In this document: positions 35,028 through 48,042 of the stretch, piece after piece
How the letters are laid out: every line of letters begins with the position of its first letter
Position numbering within the stretch: the first letter of the stretch is position 1
From: Felis catus
Lineage: Eukaryota
Direction of reading: 5' to 3'
Assembly: GCF_018350175.1 (NCBI RefSeq)
Contig: NC_058386.1
Coordinates: 126,480,001-126,544,000, forward strand
DNA: 64,000 bases
Made by a program: the position numbers and the translations under genes
The notes under the pieces: generated by a model
Seen by the model: the letters and a program-made list of their open reading frames with translations, nothing else
What the model was told of the DNA's origin: nothing
The model's database searches: none

Positions 35028-36134
35028 GAACAAAGTCTTTCGGCTCTCGGGGTGGGGGGGCTGGACGTGCCAGGGGCCCTCAACTGGGAGGTGACCCTGT
35101 GTCTGCAGGCCTGCTGGGTGCTGGCCTACTTCTGTGTCTGCAAGGGGGTCAAGTCAACAGGAAAGGTACAGCTGGAGGCCGGCGGGTCGGGGTGGGTGAT
35201 GATGGCAGGGGTGGGGGCAGCATGGCCGGTGGGGAGAAGGGGTGTCTCCGCTAGGGGGGGGCAGGTGGACCCTGCCATGCGAGGTGACCGGGCCAGGGCC
35301 TGAGGCGGGGGCAGGTCCTTGAACCCAGCCCGGTGGATTTCCCACGCGTGCCTGGGTAGTGCTCCGCAACCTCCACACTCCAGCCCAGCCGACTTCCGTC
35401 CTGAGGGGACAGGCCCAGGCGACCCCCAGCTGAACTTGCCTGTGTCGGGCATCCCTGCCCCAGTTTCCCTCTCTTCCTCACTCACTACTTCCTCACTCTC
35501 TGCTTTGCGGCCAGCCTGGGGGGACCCGGCCCGTGGCCCTCCCTTGCCTACCTGTCCTGCTCTGCTGAGGGTGGGACGGAGGCAGAGGTCTTCGCGGTCA
35601 CCTCGCTGTCGCCTCTGTCTCCGGCCGGCCCAGTCCACTCTGTCCTGCCCAGGACCCTGCCTCTGTGCAGAGAACCACAGGAGGCATGGGACCTGCCTCC
35701 AGGCCGATGTCCTGCTCCCCACCCGGGGAAGGTCCTGCCTCCGCCCTCCCTCTCTACAGCTGACCTGTCCTTGCGGGGGCGGCCGGTGGCCAGCTGAGCA
35801 CCCCGCTTCCTTCGGGAGGAGCCCAGGCTCTGAGGAGTAGAAGGGGGGGCTGCAGGCTGGCCTCCCGCTTGACCTCGGAGCGGACCGTACCACAGTGGGG
35901 GGAGTGTGGCCCGCCTGCCCCCCTGCTGAGGCTGGGGACCCCTAAGTGGGGAGGCGGGGCCGCAGGGCCCCTTCTGAGCAGGTTACCCCCCCCCCGTCCC
36001 TCCCCCGCCCCAGATCGTGTACTTCACGGCTACCTTCCCCTGCGTGGTCCTCGTCGTGCTGTTGGTGCGGGGAGTGCTGCTGCCCGGCGCCCTGGATGGC
36101 ATCATCTGCTCTCTCAAGCCTGACTTGTGGAAGC
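35028..36134 (+). pseudogene. SLC6A8: SLC6A8 fragment, exon 4 to partial exon 5 (mirror of 7505-8610)
   Basis: Exon 4 at 35028-35165, exon 5 from 36014. Similarity is lost after ...ctcaagcctgacttgtggaagc. Confidence 0.93.
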
Positions 36135-38177
36135 ACTCACTGGGTCGTGAGTGCCGCACCACGTGGGGCGTAGAGATCACGCACACAAGGATGTCAAAGA
36201 ATTGAAAACACCAAAGGTCATGTAAAGTCATTCTGAACCTTTTGGGGGAGAAATGCACACAAAAGAAGTGGGGACCACCCTCAATCCCACCACACAGACA
36301 TACGAGGTGTTTACACTTCAGGCTACCGTGGCAGGATTTCCGTGCACATATACAGTAGCTTCCTAAGTTGGGATTTTAGTGATTTCCCTTTTGCACTGTG
36401 GTTTTTCCCTATGCGACCGCATCCCTGTTCTCCGTGGCCACTAACTACTTTAGCTCCAGTCGCCATCCCTTCCCTCCTTGCCTGCTACTGGCAGGCTTGC
36501 CCCCCGACGGGAGCCCCTTCGTGACCTTCCCAGACCGCCGATCTGATCCGCACCTGTGCTCAGTCGCCCCCTCCAAAGGCCGCTGTGGTGTGTCCACCGG
36601 TACCGGGGAAGGGGACGGGGTGCGGGGCCGTGTCCGTCTGGGCTGTGGCCCATCTCCCTCCACGAACCGCTGCGAGGTCGTGGAGCCCCACGTGCTGGGG
36701 ACACTGAGCCCAAGGAAGAGGCAGGGCCCTCTGGACAACAGGCCGTGGTGCCTGGCGGCCTCCCACGAGGTCTGGGGAGGGGCTAGGGGTGTGGGGAGGG
36801 GGTGGAGCTGAGGTGGGACTGGTTTGCGTGGGTGCAGTGGGGTCACGCGTCACAGCGCGTGGCGACGATTGGTGAGGGAGCAGCCGCTGGAGAGGCAGCA
36901 GCTGCTGGAGAGGCGGCCGAGGGCGGGGTTTATAGACGTGCACGTGTTGAAAGATCCTTGTTTTCCGGCTGCAGGTTCCTCCTGCCCGTGCCCGGAGATG
37001 AGAGCTGCCTGCCCCGTAGGCAGTGACAAAGAACAGGGCAGACAGAGACAGTCCGAGGCTCAGGCTGAGGCGCTCTTTGGTGACACTGCTCATTGAAATG
37101 CTTCCACCAGCCACAGGCCGCTCTAGACACTGGCCACCTTCTTGCTGTGACACCTGCCTCCAGGACAAGGCAGCTGTGCCTTTACTTTCCTCACTTGTCC
37201 TGAGGACCTATTTGGAGACGCTCAGGTACAGATTCGTAACTATAGAGTCACGGCGTTCTCCACTGCTCAGTCTCTCTCTGCTGACACTGCTAATTCTCCC
37301 TCAGGCAAGGCTCTGTTCCTCCTCTCTCCGATTTAGAGACTCACCTCGTGCACCGGGGCGTCGCCCATTCCCCTCCTCAGCCACTCGGGTGCCTTGTACG
37401 TGGCCCCACTGTTGTGCTAAATAAGAGAGTCTTGGAGGGGAAGGCAAAGGGTAATGTACTTCATGTCCCCTCCCCACCTCAGGGAGACCTCTTCCCCTTT
37501 TTGTTTTCCTCCAGGACCCTTGTCAGGACTTCAGGGAAGCAAGCAGCAGCGTAATAAACTGGAAAAACACTTTGGGGAAGGATGATACAAGTGAGAGCCA
37601 ACCACAAGGAGCTCTGAGAATTGTGGGTTCGGAACCTCAGGGAATGAGGCCTCTGATGACACGGGAGTATAGAATGGGCAGTGGGGCCGACCTAGCCAGC
37701 TGTCCCAGCGCTCTTCTGCACAGATCTGAATCAAGGCCGAGAAGCCACAAAGTCCTACTCTGCAGGTATTATACATGACTATGTATATGCTAGTATAAAA
37801 CTAAAACAAAAGTTCTAACATGTTGACAGTAGTTAATGTCCTGAATAACAGGACATAATTTTTTTCTCCCGTCGCCTAACTTGTCTTCTTCAATTGCCTT
37901 CTAGTACTTGAGTATCTGAATGTCAGAATCTCTCCCCCTACCTGAGAACAAAGGCGAGAATAGGAGAAGGCGTAGATGCTTTAAAAATAAACCCAGACAC
38001 AGAATAGTAGCAGTTACCATTTGATCACCAAAAAAAAAAAAAAAAAAAAAAAAAATGTGGATCTGAAGCACCCAAGGGCCAGTATAGGCAAAAGATGCGG
38101 CCTCAGTAAGAAAACGGCAGCTGCTGCAGGAATCACTGTCATGTGGGGGGGACACAGAGTTGGGTCCAGCCACCTTT

Positions 38178-39334
38178 TCACTGCTGCGGCTTTGTGAAAA
38201 AGGGGGGCATGATGATCTGCATGGCCCGTATCACTAGGGAAAGCTGGCCAAGACAGGAGGTGATGGACATTTGGAGCTGGCCAGGGTCATCGGCAGTCAA
38301 GCGGCTACGAGGTAGGAAAAAATAAGTCAAGTTAGAGGGCCGGTGGGGCACATTCCCCGCTCCGCCCCTTCACACAGCAACGATCCTAGAGCACCACACT
38401 CCTTCCTTCGACTCACTCCTTTCCTGTTTCCCTTGTCTCCGTTACAGCTCCTCCGGAATTGACCTTGTCCCTGGTCACCTGCCACCACCCTCTCCCTGGA
38501 CCGTTCTAGAACTAACACAGTCAGGATGCTGCCGTTCACATGGAGCTCCTCCCGAACTGGCTCCTGGAGCTCCTCGTTTGGAGTCAGGAACCTGTGGGCA
38601 ATCTCCGCATCCATGGCCGAGGGGAAAGGTATAGTGAGGGTGCTGGTGGAGACTGGGTTAAGGCACCATCCACAGTACTAATTTTGCCTGTGCCTCAGGC
38701 CTCCTCTTCAGTGAGGCCTGCCTTCCCCACCCCAGGCTGACCCTCAGGCTGTCCACAACCTCCCACCCTATACAGCCAGGCCACCCCGGATAGCATTGTC
38801 CCTACCGCTTCAGTCCCATCAGGCGGTCCACCCCACTCCCCATCCTCTGTCAGCACGGGCCAAACCCTAGCCGATACCCTCCAGGTGCCCGGAGCTCCCT
38901 CCTGCTCCCCTTTCAACTCCACTTCCCCAAGTCTCCCCCCCACACCCCACCCCGCCGCGCGCCAGACCACCTCCAGCCCATCCCCCTGCCGTCCAGCCCG
39001 CTGGGACTCCTTGAATAGGATACAACTGAAGCAGTCGGTTACCAGGACCTCTAGCGCCAGGCGCGGCATCTCCACCAGGACCTGGTGTGTAGGGTGCCCG
39101 CTCCATTTGGAGAGCGCCACCAGAGGCGGCACCTACCTCTCCCACAATGCTGGTTCTTTCCGGATCGCTCAGGCCTCCGGGGTTGCTGGGATGGCCAGGG
39201 TCACAGGCACCACCCGAACCACCAGGGACTCTGGGGCCACTGACACCACGAGGTCCACCTGGCACACACTGGCCACCACCTGCTGCGCCCACCACCACGC
39301 CCACGGCACCCGTGCCTTCGTCTGCTGCCCTCAC
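38178..39334 (-). CDS. CTAG-family gene A' (mirror of A); GTG at homologous start plus an in-frame internal ATG at 39106
   Basis: Exons 39024-39334, 38517-38642, 38178-38304. Gives 187 aa from GTG, or 111 aa from ATG 39106 (MERAPYTPGPGGDAAPGARGPGNRLLQF...). Confidence 0.75.
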
Positions 39335-40135
39335 GGGGCCTCCACCAGCCACCTGAGACCCAACTTTGAATCCGCCCACCCTCTCAAGGCATCACTGAAG
39401 GACAAAGCGCTCTCTCACAATGCTTCACCCCTTTACTCCACAATGCAATTCCGGATGCCCAGAGCAACTGTCCACACGGACCACTGGTAATGCCTCCTGA
39501 CCTGTGATTGGTTCCCACCAAGCAGTCCCTTCTGTAGCCAATCAGTTCTCACCTATGAAGCTCCACCCCTTAGAGTGCCACGACACCCTAGGGCGTCTGC
39601 CCAAATGGGCACCCGCGTCGATGCGTCTGCCTGAACCAGCCGTGCCACGAGCCTTCGACGGCCCGCCAGCTGCGATATCCAGGAAGCCTCTGCCTGACAC
39701 TACTCCCCACACGGTGGTGCGGCTCATGGTCCCCACTGTCCATGCCCAAACAGACTGCCATGGCCCAACTCCTAAAGCCTCTGAGCACGTGACTGAGCTG
39801 TGTAGAACTCCGTGACTCTATAGTCACGAATCTGTACCTGAGCGTCTCCGAATAGGTCCTCAGGACAAGTGAGGAAAGTAAAGGCACAGCTGCCTTGTCC
39901 TGGAGGCAGGTGTCACAGCAAGAAGGTGGCCAGTGTCTAGAGCGGCCTGTGGCTGGTGGAAGCATTTCAATGAGCAGTGTCACCAAAGAGCGCCTCAGCC
40001 TGAGCCTCGGACTGTCTCTGTCTGCCCTGTTCTTTGTCACTGTCTACGGGGCAGGCAGCTCTCATCTCCGGGCACGGGCAGGAGGAACCTGCAGCCGGAA
40101 AACAAGGATCTTTCAACACATGCGTGTCTATAAAC

Positions 40136-40365
40136 GAAGCACCGCATCGTTAGAATGAAAGATAAAAACCATATGATCATCTCCCTAGGTGCAGAAAACG
40201 CGTTTGACAAAATAGAACATATTTCCATGATAAAAATCCTCCACGAATGGGGGCAGAGAAAAGTTGTATAGCTCAATACCACAAAGCCCACATACGACAA
40301 AACCCACAGCTGACATCATACGCAACAGTGAGAGGTTGAAAGCTTTCCCTCTAGAATCAAGAACA
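40136..40365 (+). mobile_element. L1 ORF2 fragment
   Basis: atgaaagataaaaaccatatgatcatctcc...gcgtttgacaaaat...gacaaaacccacagctgacatcata (KNHMIIS.DAEKAFDKI / KPTANII region). Confidence 0.85.
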
Positions 40366-40569
40366 AGGCAAGGCTGGTCAGAGACGTACCGGGTTAAATT
40401 TCAATCCTTGACGTTGAAATGTGTTGAGAATTGGTCCGTGGCTCAGAAAATGCTTTATCTTGGCGAACATACTTGTACTTGAAAACAATGTGTAGTGGAC
40501 ACACATGTGAAATTCAGATCTCCTGTTTAGTGTTCTAAAGACATCGGTCAAGGTAGGTGATACCACTGA

Positions 40570-42328
40570 TCGTATGTTCTATGTCAGGGGACAACAAACT
40601 TTTCACATAAAAGAGGCCCCGGGCTGGATTTGGCCAGGAGGCGGTAGTTTGCCAATCCCTGCTCTATTTCTTTTAACAGAGTGTGTTGTCTCTCTCTCTC
40701 GCTTGCTGAGAGAGGATGTTAAAAACTCCAACCGTGATTTTGGACTTGTCCCTTTCACCTATTAATCTCAAAAATTCTTGCATCGCGCGTGTGTCTGCGT
40801 GCGTGCGTGTGTGTGTGTGTGCGTGTGTGTTAAGTTTATTTATTTTGAGAGAGGGGGAGAGAGAGAGCCAGTGGGGGAGGGGCAGAGACAGAGGGGGACA
40901 GAGGATCCAAAGCAGGCTCGGTGCCGACGGGCAGAGAGCCCGACGCTGGGCTGGAACTCACCAACGGTGACATCATGACCTGAGCCGAAGTCAGACGCTT
41001 ACCGACTGAGTCACCCAGGCGCCCCGTGCATTTTGAAGGTGTGTCATTAGGCACAGACATATTTATGATCATTTTCTCTTCCAGATGGATTCATTGCTGC
41101 TGTTACTAGTATGAAACGCATCCCTTCATCTTTGGTAACACAGTTTTCCTCGAAGTCTGATTTCTCTAATATCGATATAACCACATCAGGCTTCTTTGCT
41201 CACTATTTATTCGTAAGTCCTTTTCCATCCTCTTACTTGTAACCTATTGGTGTCTTTGTATCTTGAATGTGGCTCACGTAGACAGCGTGTAGTTTGGTCA
41301 CTTAAAGAAAGCACCCTTCTAACGATGTCTGCTTTTAAATTGGACTGCTTGGCAAATTCACATTTAATACGATTACCGATATGGTCGGATGTAAGTCTGC
41401 CATTTTGCTATTCAGTTTTTGTTTGTCCCCTCTCTTTTTTTGTTTTTGCTCAGCTTATTTGAGGCAAAATGCACGTATGGGAAGTTGCACACATTTAAGC
41501 GTACGGTTTCATGAGTTACGACAAAGGTGTCCACAGCCAAAGCCGAGATACAGAACATTCCCATCGCTCTCACAGTCGCCCTTGTGCCTCCGTGCAGACA
41601 ATGTCCTCCTCTACAGTCTGCCCCCACACAGCAAATTCAGCTTAGATTTTGCCTTTTCTGGAATTTCCAGGAATCACACAGTATGTCCATCCTTCTTTGT
41701 TGCTGACCGGTATTCCATTGCGTGGATGTACCGTAACTTAGGCTTAACCACTCACCTGCTATTGGACGTTTGGCTTGTTTCCAAACTGCGGTTATCGTTA
41801 ATCAAGTTGATACGAAGATTCACGTACAAGTCTTTGCACACACATATATTTTTAATTCCCTTGTGTAACTAGCAGAAGTGGGATTTCTGGGTCACATGGT
41901 AAGCGTAAGTGTGACTGTATAAGAAACGGAAGCACTGTTTTCCGATGTGATCATACCAATTTACAGTCCCACCAGTGACATGTGAACTTTCCATTGTGTC
42001 TGTATCCTCTTTTAGTCATCCTGTGTCTCCCGACTTTATTCCTCTTTTGCAAGTTCGAGCTGCCTATTCCAGGTTCTTTGCATTTGGATATACACTTTGG
42101 AATCAGCTTGTCCATTTCTGCGTTATCACGATTTTTACTGGGTTTGCAATGAATTTCTAGAATGGTGTGGTGGGAGTGTACATCTTAAGAATACAGGGCC
42201 TTGGGGCACCTGGGTGGCTCAGTCGATTAAGCGTCTGACTCTTGATTACGGCTCAGGTCATGATCTCACGGTTTGTGAGACCGGGCCCAGAGTCGGGGTG
42301 TGCACTGACAGCTCCGAGCCTGCTTGGG

Positions 42329-42364
<36 letters not shown>

Positions 42365-45250
42365 CCTCCCTCCCTCTCTCGCTCCCTCTCTCTCTCTCTG
42401 CCCCTCCCCTGCTCATGCTCTCTCTGTCTCTTCCAAAATAAATAAATAAACGCTAAAAGAAAAAAGAATACAGGATCTTCCGCTCCACGCATAGGATGCG
42501 TTTCTCCATTTTTGTAAGCTTTCTTTCACTTATCAATAGGTTTTAGTGTTCACCGTAAAGGTTTTGCACATATGTTATTACATGTGTCCCCAAATACTTC
42601 ATGTTTGGGGATGCTATTATAAATGGTAGTGATTTTTTAAAATGTCACTCTTCTTTTTTTTGTACATCACTTAGGGGTTTCTACGTAAACAAGCATGTCA
42701 TCTCTGAATAAAGATAATCCCTTTTCTTTTTTTGCAATCTGTGTCACTACTTTTATTCCTCTTTCTTGCCTAGTGCACTGCCTAGGATTTCCAGGACAGT
42801 GTTGAATGGAAGTGGTGAACATCCATACCTTGTTTCTCAAACTTTGCGGGCGAGGGAGCGGGGGCGGTGATTCTATCTTTCACCATTAAGTATCATGTTA
42901 GCTGTAGGATTTTTGTAGGTTCCCTTTATCAGATTAAGAACGTTTCCCTCTAGTCCTAGTTTTCCGAGAGTTTTTGTCACGAGTGGTTGTTGGATATTGT
43001 CTGATGCTTTTTTTCTGTGTCTGTTGAAATGATCACATGTTTTTTCTCCTTTATTTTCTTAATATGACAGATGACACTGATTGACTTTTTTGTTTTTAAT
43101 GAAAACCAATTCTTGGGATAAACCCCACTTGGCCATGATGGTATCATCCTCTTTGTATGTTGCTGGGTTGAATTTGCTAATATCGAATCAAGTTCTTTTG
43201 TGTGTGTGACTTCCTGAAGGATATTGCCCTGTGGTTTTCTTTTCTTGCAATGTCTTCATCTGGTTTTGGGGTTGTGTAATGCTGGCCTCATAAGATGATT
43301 TGGGAAATGTTTCTCCTCCTTTGCTTCCTGAAAGCATTTGCGTAGGATTGGTGATAGTTCTCCTTTAAGTATTTGGAGGTAGCCACTAGTAAAGCCACGG
43401 GGGCCTGGAGTTTTCGGCTCCATTGCTTTCATAGATATTCGGGTCTTCTATTTCTTCTTGAGTCAGTTTTGGTAAGTTGTGTCATTCAAGGAATTTGTCC
43501 ATTTCATCTAAATTGGGAAACTTACCCACAAATATTGTTCCTAATATTCCCTGGTTACACTTTATTTTTCAAAATCAGCTTTATTGGTATTTTTAGAAAA
43601 ACATTTTTTTAACATGTATTTATTTTTGCGACAGAGAGAGACAGAGCATGAATGAACGGGGGAGGGTCAGAGAGAGGGAGACACAGAATCTGAAACAGGA
43701 TCCAGGCTCTGAGCTGTCAGCACAGAGCCCGACGCGGGGCTCGAACTCACGGACCGCGAGATCATGACCTGAGCCGAAGTCGGTCGCTCAACCGACTGAG
43801 CCACCCAGGCGCCCCTGGTATGTTTTTTGTTTGTTTGTTTGTTTGTTTGTTTGTTTTAAAGAAGCTTTCAGGGACACCTGGGTGGCTCAGTCGGTTGAGC
43901 GTCCGACTTTGGCTCAGGTCACGATCTGGCAGTTGGTGAGTTCAGGCCCCACATGGGGCTCGCTGCTGTCAGCGCAGTTCACTTCAGATCCTCTGTCCCC
44001 CTCTCCCTGCCCCTCCCCACATGCACTCTCTCAAAAATGAATAAAACCTTTAAAAAGTGGGGGAGAGGGCGCCTGAGTGGCTCAGTCGGTTAAAGGTCTG
44101 ACTTCGGCTCAGGTCATGATCTCACGGTCCGTCCGTCGGTTCGAGCCCCGCATCGGACTCTGTGCTGCCGGCTCAGAGCCTGGAGCCTGGAGCCTGTTGC
44201 GGATTCTGTGTCCCCCCTCTCTCTTTGCTCCTCCCCCACTCGCTCCCTGTCTCTCTCTGTGTCAAAAATAAACATTAAAACAGAAAAGAAAGAAAGGAAA
44301 AAAAGGCTTTCCGCTTCATGGATTTTCCTCTATTGTTTGTCCATTTAACGTTTTATTCATATCTCCTCTTAGCTTCATTATTTCTTTCCTACTGTGTATT
44401 TAGGTTTTGATTTTATGTCTTCTTCACAAAGTGACCCCTCTATCGTTAGCAAACGTCCTCCACCCCATCGTATTCCTTGTCCTGAAGTCTGTTCTGCCTG
44501 CTCTTAATATAGCTACTCAAACTTTCTTATTAGAAGACTTGCATGGTGTATCTTTGCCCATCTTTTTACTTTTACCGTATCTGTGTCTTCATAGAGCACA
44601 TTTCTTACGCGTAGCATATAGTTTTGCTTTGCCTTTTTATCCAGTCTGGCAATCTCCGTGTTTTAGTTGCCACGTTTAGACCATTTAGAATAAATGTAAC
44701 GAGGGGTATCGTTGAGTTTCCATCTACCATCCTGCTATTTATTTTCTGTTTGCCCCATGTGTTCTGCGTTCCCCTCTCTGTCTTTTCGCGACTCCTTTCA
44801 GATTGAGTAATTTCTAGAAATTCACTTTATCTCCGCCAGAGAAGTGTACATATTAACCCTAGGGTTCTAGGGATCCTAATATGTGTTTTACCTCATTATA
44901 GACCACCTTCAAGTAATTTCAAATCACTTCGCACGTAACGTAAGAACATTACAGCAGTACCCTTCCAACCACCCACTGGTGTCCTTTGTGCTGTTGTTGT
45001 CATACCTTTTATTTCTATAGCAGTTACACACCCCACGCCGTGTTGTCAATAATTTTGCTTTAGATGGTTTGCGACGATTGAGAGACATTTTGAAGGGAGA
45101 AAAAAATGTTTACATTTACCCACATACTTTCCAGTTCTGGAACCCGCTTCATTACTTCATGTAGGTCCAAGTTCCCACGTGCTATCATCCTTGCTTGTGG
45201 AGAACAGCCTTTAACATTTGTTGTAGTGCAGGTTTTCCGCTGACAACGAG
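40570..45250 (-). mobile_element. Fragmented old L1 (L1M) with multiple CanSINE insertions (~40832-41025, 42203-42460, 43605-43815, 43872-44050, 44065-44295)
   Basis: T-rich antisense L1 motifs (ttcaccattaagtatcatgttagctgtaggattttt; tgttgctgggttgaatttgctaata) plus SINE consensus motifs. Confidence 0.8.
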
Positions 45251-46145
45251 TTAATCTCAGCTTTTATATGTCTGAAAAAGTCTTTATTTTGCTTCCTTTT
45301 TTCATGGAGGTAAAATCGAGATAACATAAAATAAACCATCTGAGAGTGAACAGTCGAGTGGCATTTAGCACATTCCCATGTAAAAGGGTTGCCGAGCAGG
45401 GCTGGCACAATGAAGAGAGCAGCTGGGGAAATCGGACAAGCTAGCCTTGGATAGGAGGGCAGGGCTCTCTTCCACCGAGGCAGGGGATAGGCAAGGGCGT
45501 TTGCTGCTGTGGGCCAGTCCGAAGATGTGATATGGGGCACGGAGCTGACAGACTTCTTGCCCGATGGTCAGAGAGGAGAGGAGAGGAGAGGAGAGGAGAG
45601 GAGAGGAGAGGAGGGAGAGCGTATCACAGAGGGCCTGGTAGGTCGCCGGGGGGACTTTGGCTTTGACGCTGAGTGAGATGGGAGGCACTGAAAGGTTCAG
45701 AGCGGGAGGAGGAGGGACCTGACTAGTGTCCTATCACTGCTCCTGAGTTGGGGCTCTGCTGGGTTGGTGAGGGTGAAATAAGGGGACCACTGCAGGTAAT
45801 TACGAGGTCTAGGGTCCTTATTCAGGTAGAAGCTTCTGAGGGACCGACTTTGATATCCTTGCAGGAGGTGCATGCACCGTGGCTTCAAGGTCTGTGCACC
45901 TTGTCTTGGTGTGGGGTTACCGATTCCATTCTACTGGCCTCGACCTTACCGCTGGCCTCCTGAACCTAGCCTCACTCCCCCAATTCTGAGTCTTATTTTC
46001 TTAAGCTTGAAACCTGTCTCTTTTTCTTGTTGTTGTTGTTGTCTCTGGACCTTCCCTCACCCCTGCTGCCTTGTGCAAATTGGAACTCCACACTTGGATC
46101 CTCATCTGACTCTGAGTTGGACTCTACAGGTGCAGGTTTCTGCGC

Positions 46146-47079
46146 ATGGTTCCGGGCAGCTGGGGAATGAGACCCGAGTGTCGCTGTTCCTTCTGGAAGG
46201 GCTGGCCGACGCAGAGGAGTTGAGGCCCTTGCTCTTTGTGATCTTTCTGCTGGTCCACAGCGTGGCTGGGCATTGCCAGCCTTACTGTGATGGACTCCCG
46301 ACTCCACACTCCCATGTACGACTTCTTAGTCAACCTCTCACTGCTGGACACTGCCTATATCTCCAGCACGGGGCCTCAGGTGCTGGAACACCTGCTGGCA
46401 GCAGTGCGGACCGTGCCCTATCGTGCTTGTCTTCCCCAGATCTTCTTTCTCCACTTCCTGGCTCCCTGGGAGTGCTTCCTGCTCACAGCCATGGCCTGTG
46501 ACCGCTATGCAGCCATCGGCCGGCCACCGCACCACCTAGTCCTCTTGGGCCGTCGGACGGACCCGGGCAGGAATGGCTTCCACCTCCCGCCTGCTTGCCT
46601 TGGCCGATGCGTTCGCCCACACCGTCCTTGCAGCTCCACTGAGGTTCTGCGGGCCTCGCCTCATCACCCACTTCTCCTGTGGCCTCCCTCCACTGACCAG
46701 ACTCTCTTGCTCAAGCACGTGGGCCAGCGAGCTTGCCCTGTTCGTCTTCAGTTTCGTGGTGGCTCTTGCACCCCGTGCCCCGGTTGCGATCTCCTGTGTA
46801 CGTGTTGTGGCTGCGATTCTCAGGATTCACTCCGCTGACGGCCGAAGAAAAGCCTTTTCCACCTGTGGTGCTCACACCACCGTGGTCTGCATTTTCTACA
46901 TCGCTCCAGTCCTCTGCTACATCCTCCCCAGCTCTGCGTGCTCTGGCTTGCGGGACCGGGCGCTCCCTGTGCTGTACGTGGTCCTCACCCCCATGCTCAA
47001 CCCCGTCATCTACAGCATGCGAAACAAGGAGGTGAAGAGGGCTTTGTTCAAGGCCCTCGGGAAAGAAAGTGCCTCCTAG
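46146..47079 (+). pseudogene. Olfactory receptor pseudogene (possibly related to human Xq28 OR3B1P by synteny)
   Basis: Motifs GNETRVSLFLLEGL, LHTPMY, LLTAMACDRYAAI, KAFSTCGAH and [16 protein letters not shown] are split across three or more frames. Confidence 0.93.
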
Positions 47080-47096
47080 GCACTGGTCACATCAAA

Positions 47097-47678
47097 TCAA
47101 CGAGGAGTGTCCCCGGCTCAGGAGTTTCTCACATCCGAATGTGCTCCCAGTGCTAGGTGCCTGTCAGTCTCCACCTGCTCCACACCCCACCCTCGTCGCA
47201 CACTGGATGCCATATGGATCCCTCCCTGTACAATGTATTACACGAAGGCACCAATTTTGCTGTGGACCAGAGCCAGGCTGTGACGTTTGCATTGGACATG
47301 GCAAGGGGCATGGCCCTCGTACACACTCTAGAGCCCCTCATCCCACGACACGCGCTCAGCAGCCGTAGTGTAATGATTGATGAGGACATGACTGCCCGAA
47401 CCAGCACGGCCGACGTCAGGTTCTCCTTCCAATGCCCTGGGCGCAGGTATGCACCTGCCTGGNNNNNNNNNNNNNNNNNNNNNNNNNNNNNNNNNNNNNN
47501 NNNNNNNNNNNNNNNNNNNNNNNNNNNNNNNNNNNNNNNNNNNNNNNNNNNNNNNNNNNNNNNNNNNNNNNNNNNNNNNNNNNNNNNNNNNNNNATTGGA
47601 ATGAAGGTGGCACTGGAAGGCCTTCGGCCTACCATCCCACCAGGCATTTCCCCCCATGTGTGTAAGCTCATGAAGATC
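47097..47678 (+). pseudogene. ILK: ILK processed pseudogene fragment (pseudokinase domain)
   Basis: Intronless [30 protein letters not shown]...[26 protein letters not shown]...[28 protein letters not shown], with a 4-nt frameshift near 47220 and a gap inside. Confidence 0.95.
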
Positions 47679-48042
47679 TTCTCCAGGGTGGGGCTGGCAC
47701 ATGCCAGTGCTTTGGGGGTGAATCCAATCACACAGGAGTTTGAAATGTCATGCACGTGATCCATTTGGTGAATCCTATTTTGGGTGCCAGGTTTCCCCCC
47801 ATTTTCAGCAACGATCAAATATTTCTGTTGCTCTTTTTTTCCCCCCCCTCTTTCTAAAACACTGCTTTCTATTTATGGAAGTAAAACATGGTCATTGCAT
47901 AGGTTGTGCAGTTACAGAAACTTACAAAGTGACCAAAAAAGAAAAAAATGCCCTCTATAACCTCACCACCGCGAGAGAACCTCACTGTAAACATTTTGAT
48001 GGTTTATTTCAGGTTTCTTCTTGCACTACAAATGTATGTGCA

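Larger units (their letters stand above)
28700..39558. repeat. Inverted repeat 2 (palindrome), right arm
   Basis: Reverse complement of 4071-14960 with few substitutions. Differences cluster opposite 4071-4960. Confidence 0.98.

Noticed and set aside
4071-39558. IKBKG (NEMO) exons, expected by analogy with the human CTAG1 inverted repeat
   Set aside because: No NEMO-like coiled-coil or zinc-finger peptide was found in any frame.
39588-40040. 150-aa ORF across element S (133-aa versions at 6216-6617 and 37023-37424)
   Set aside because: It starts at GTG, has no recognisable homology, and the C-terminal halves differ between copies.
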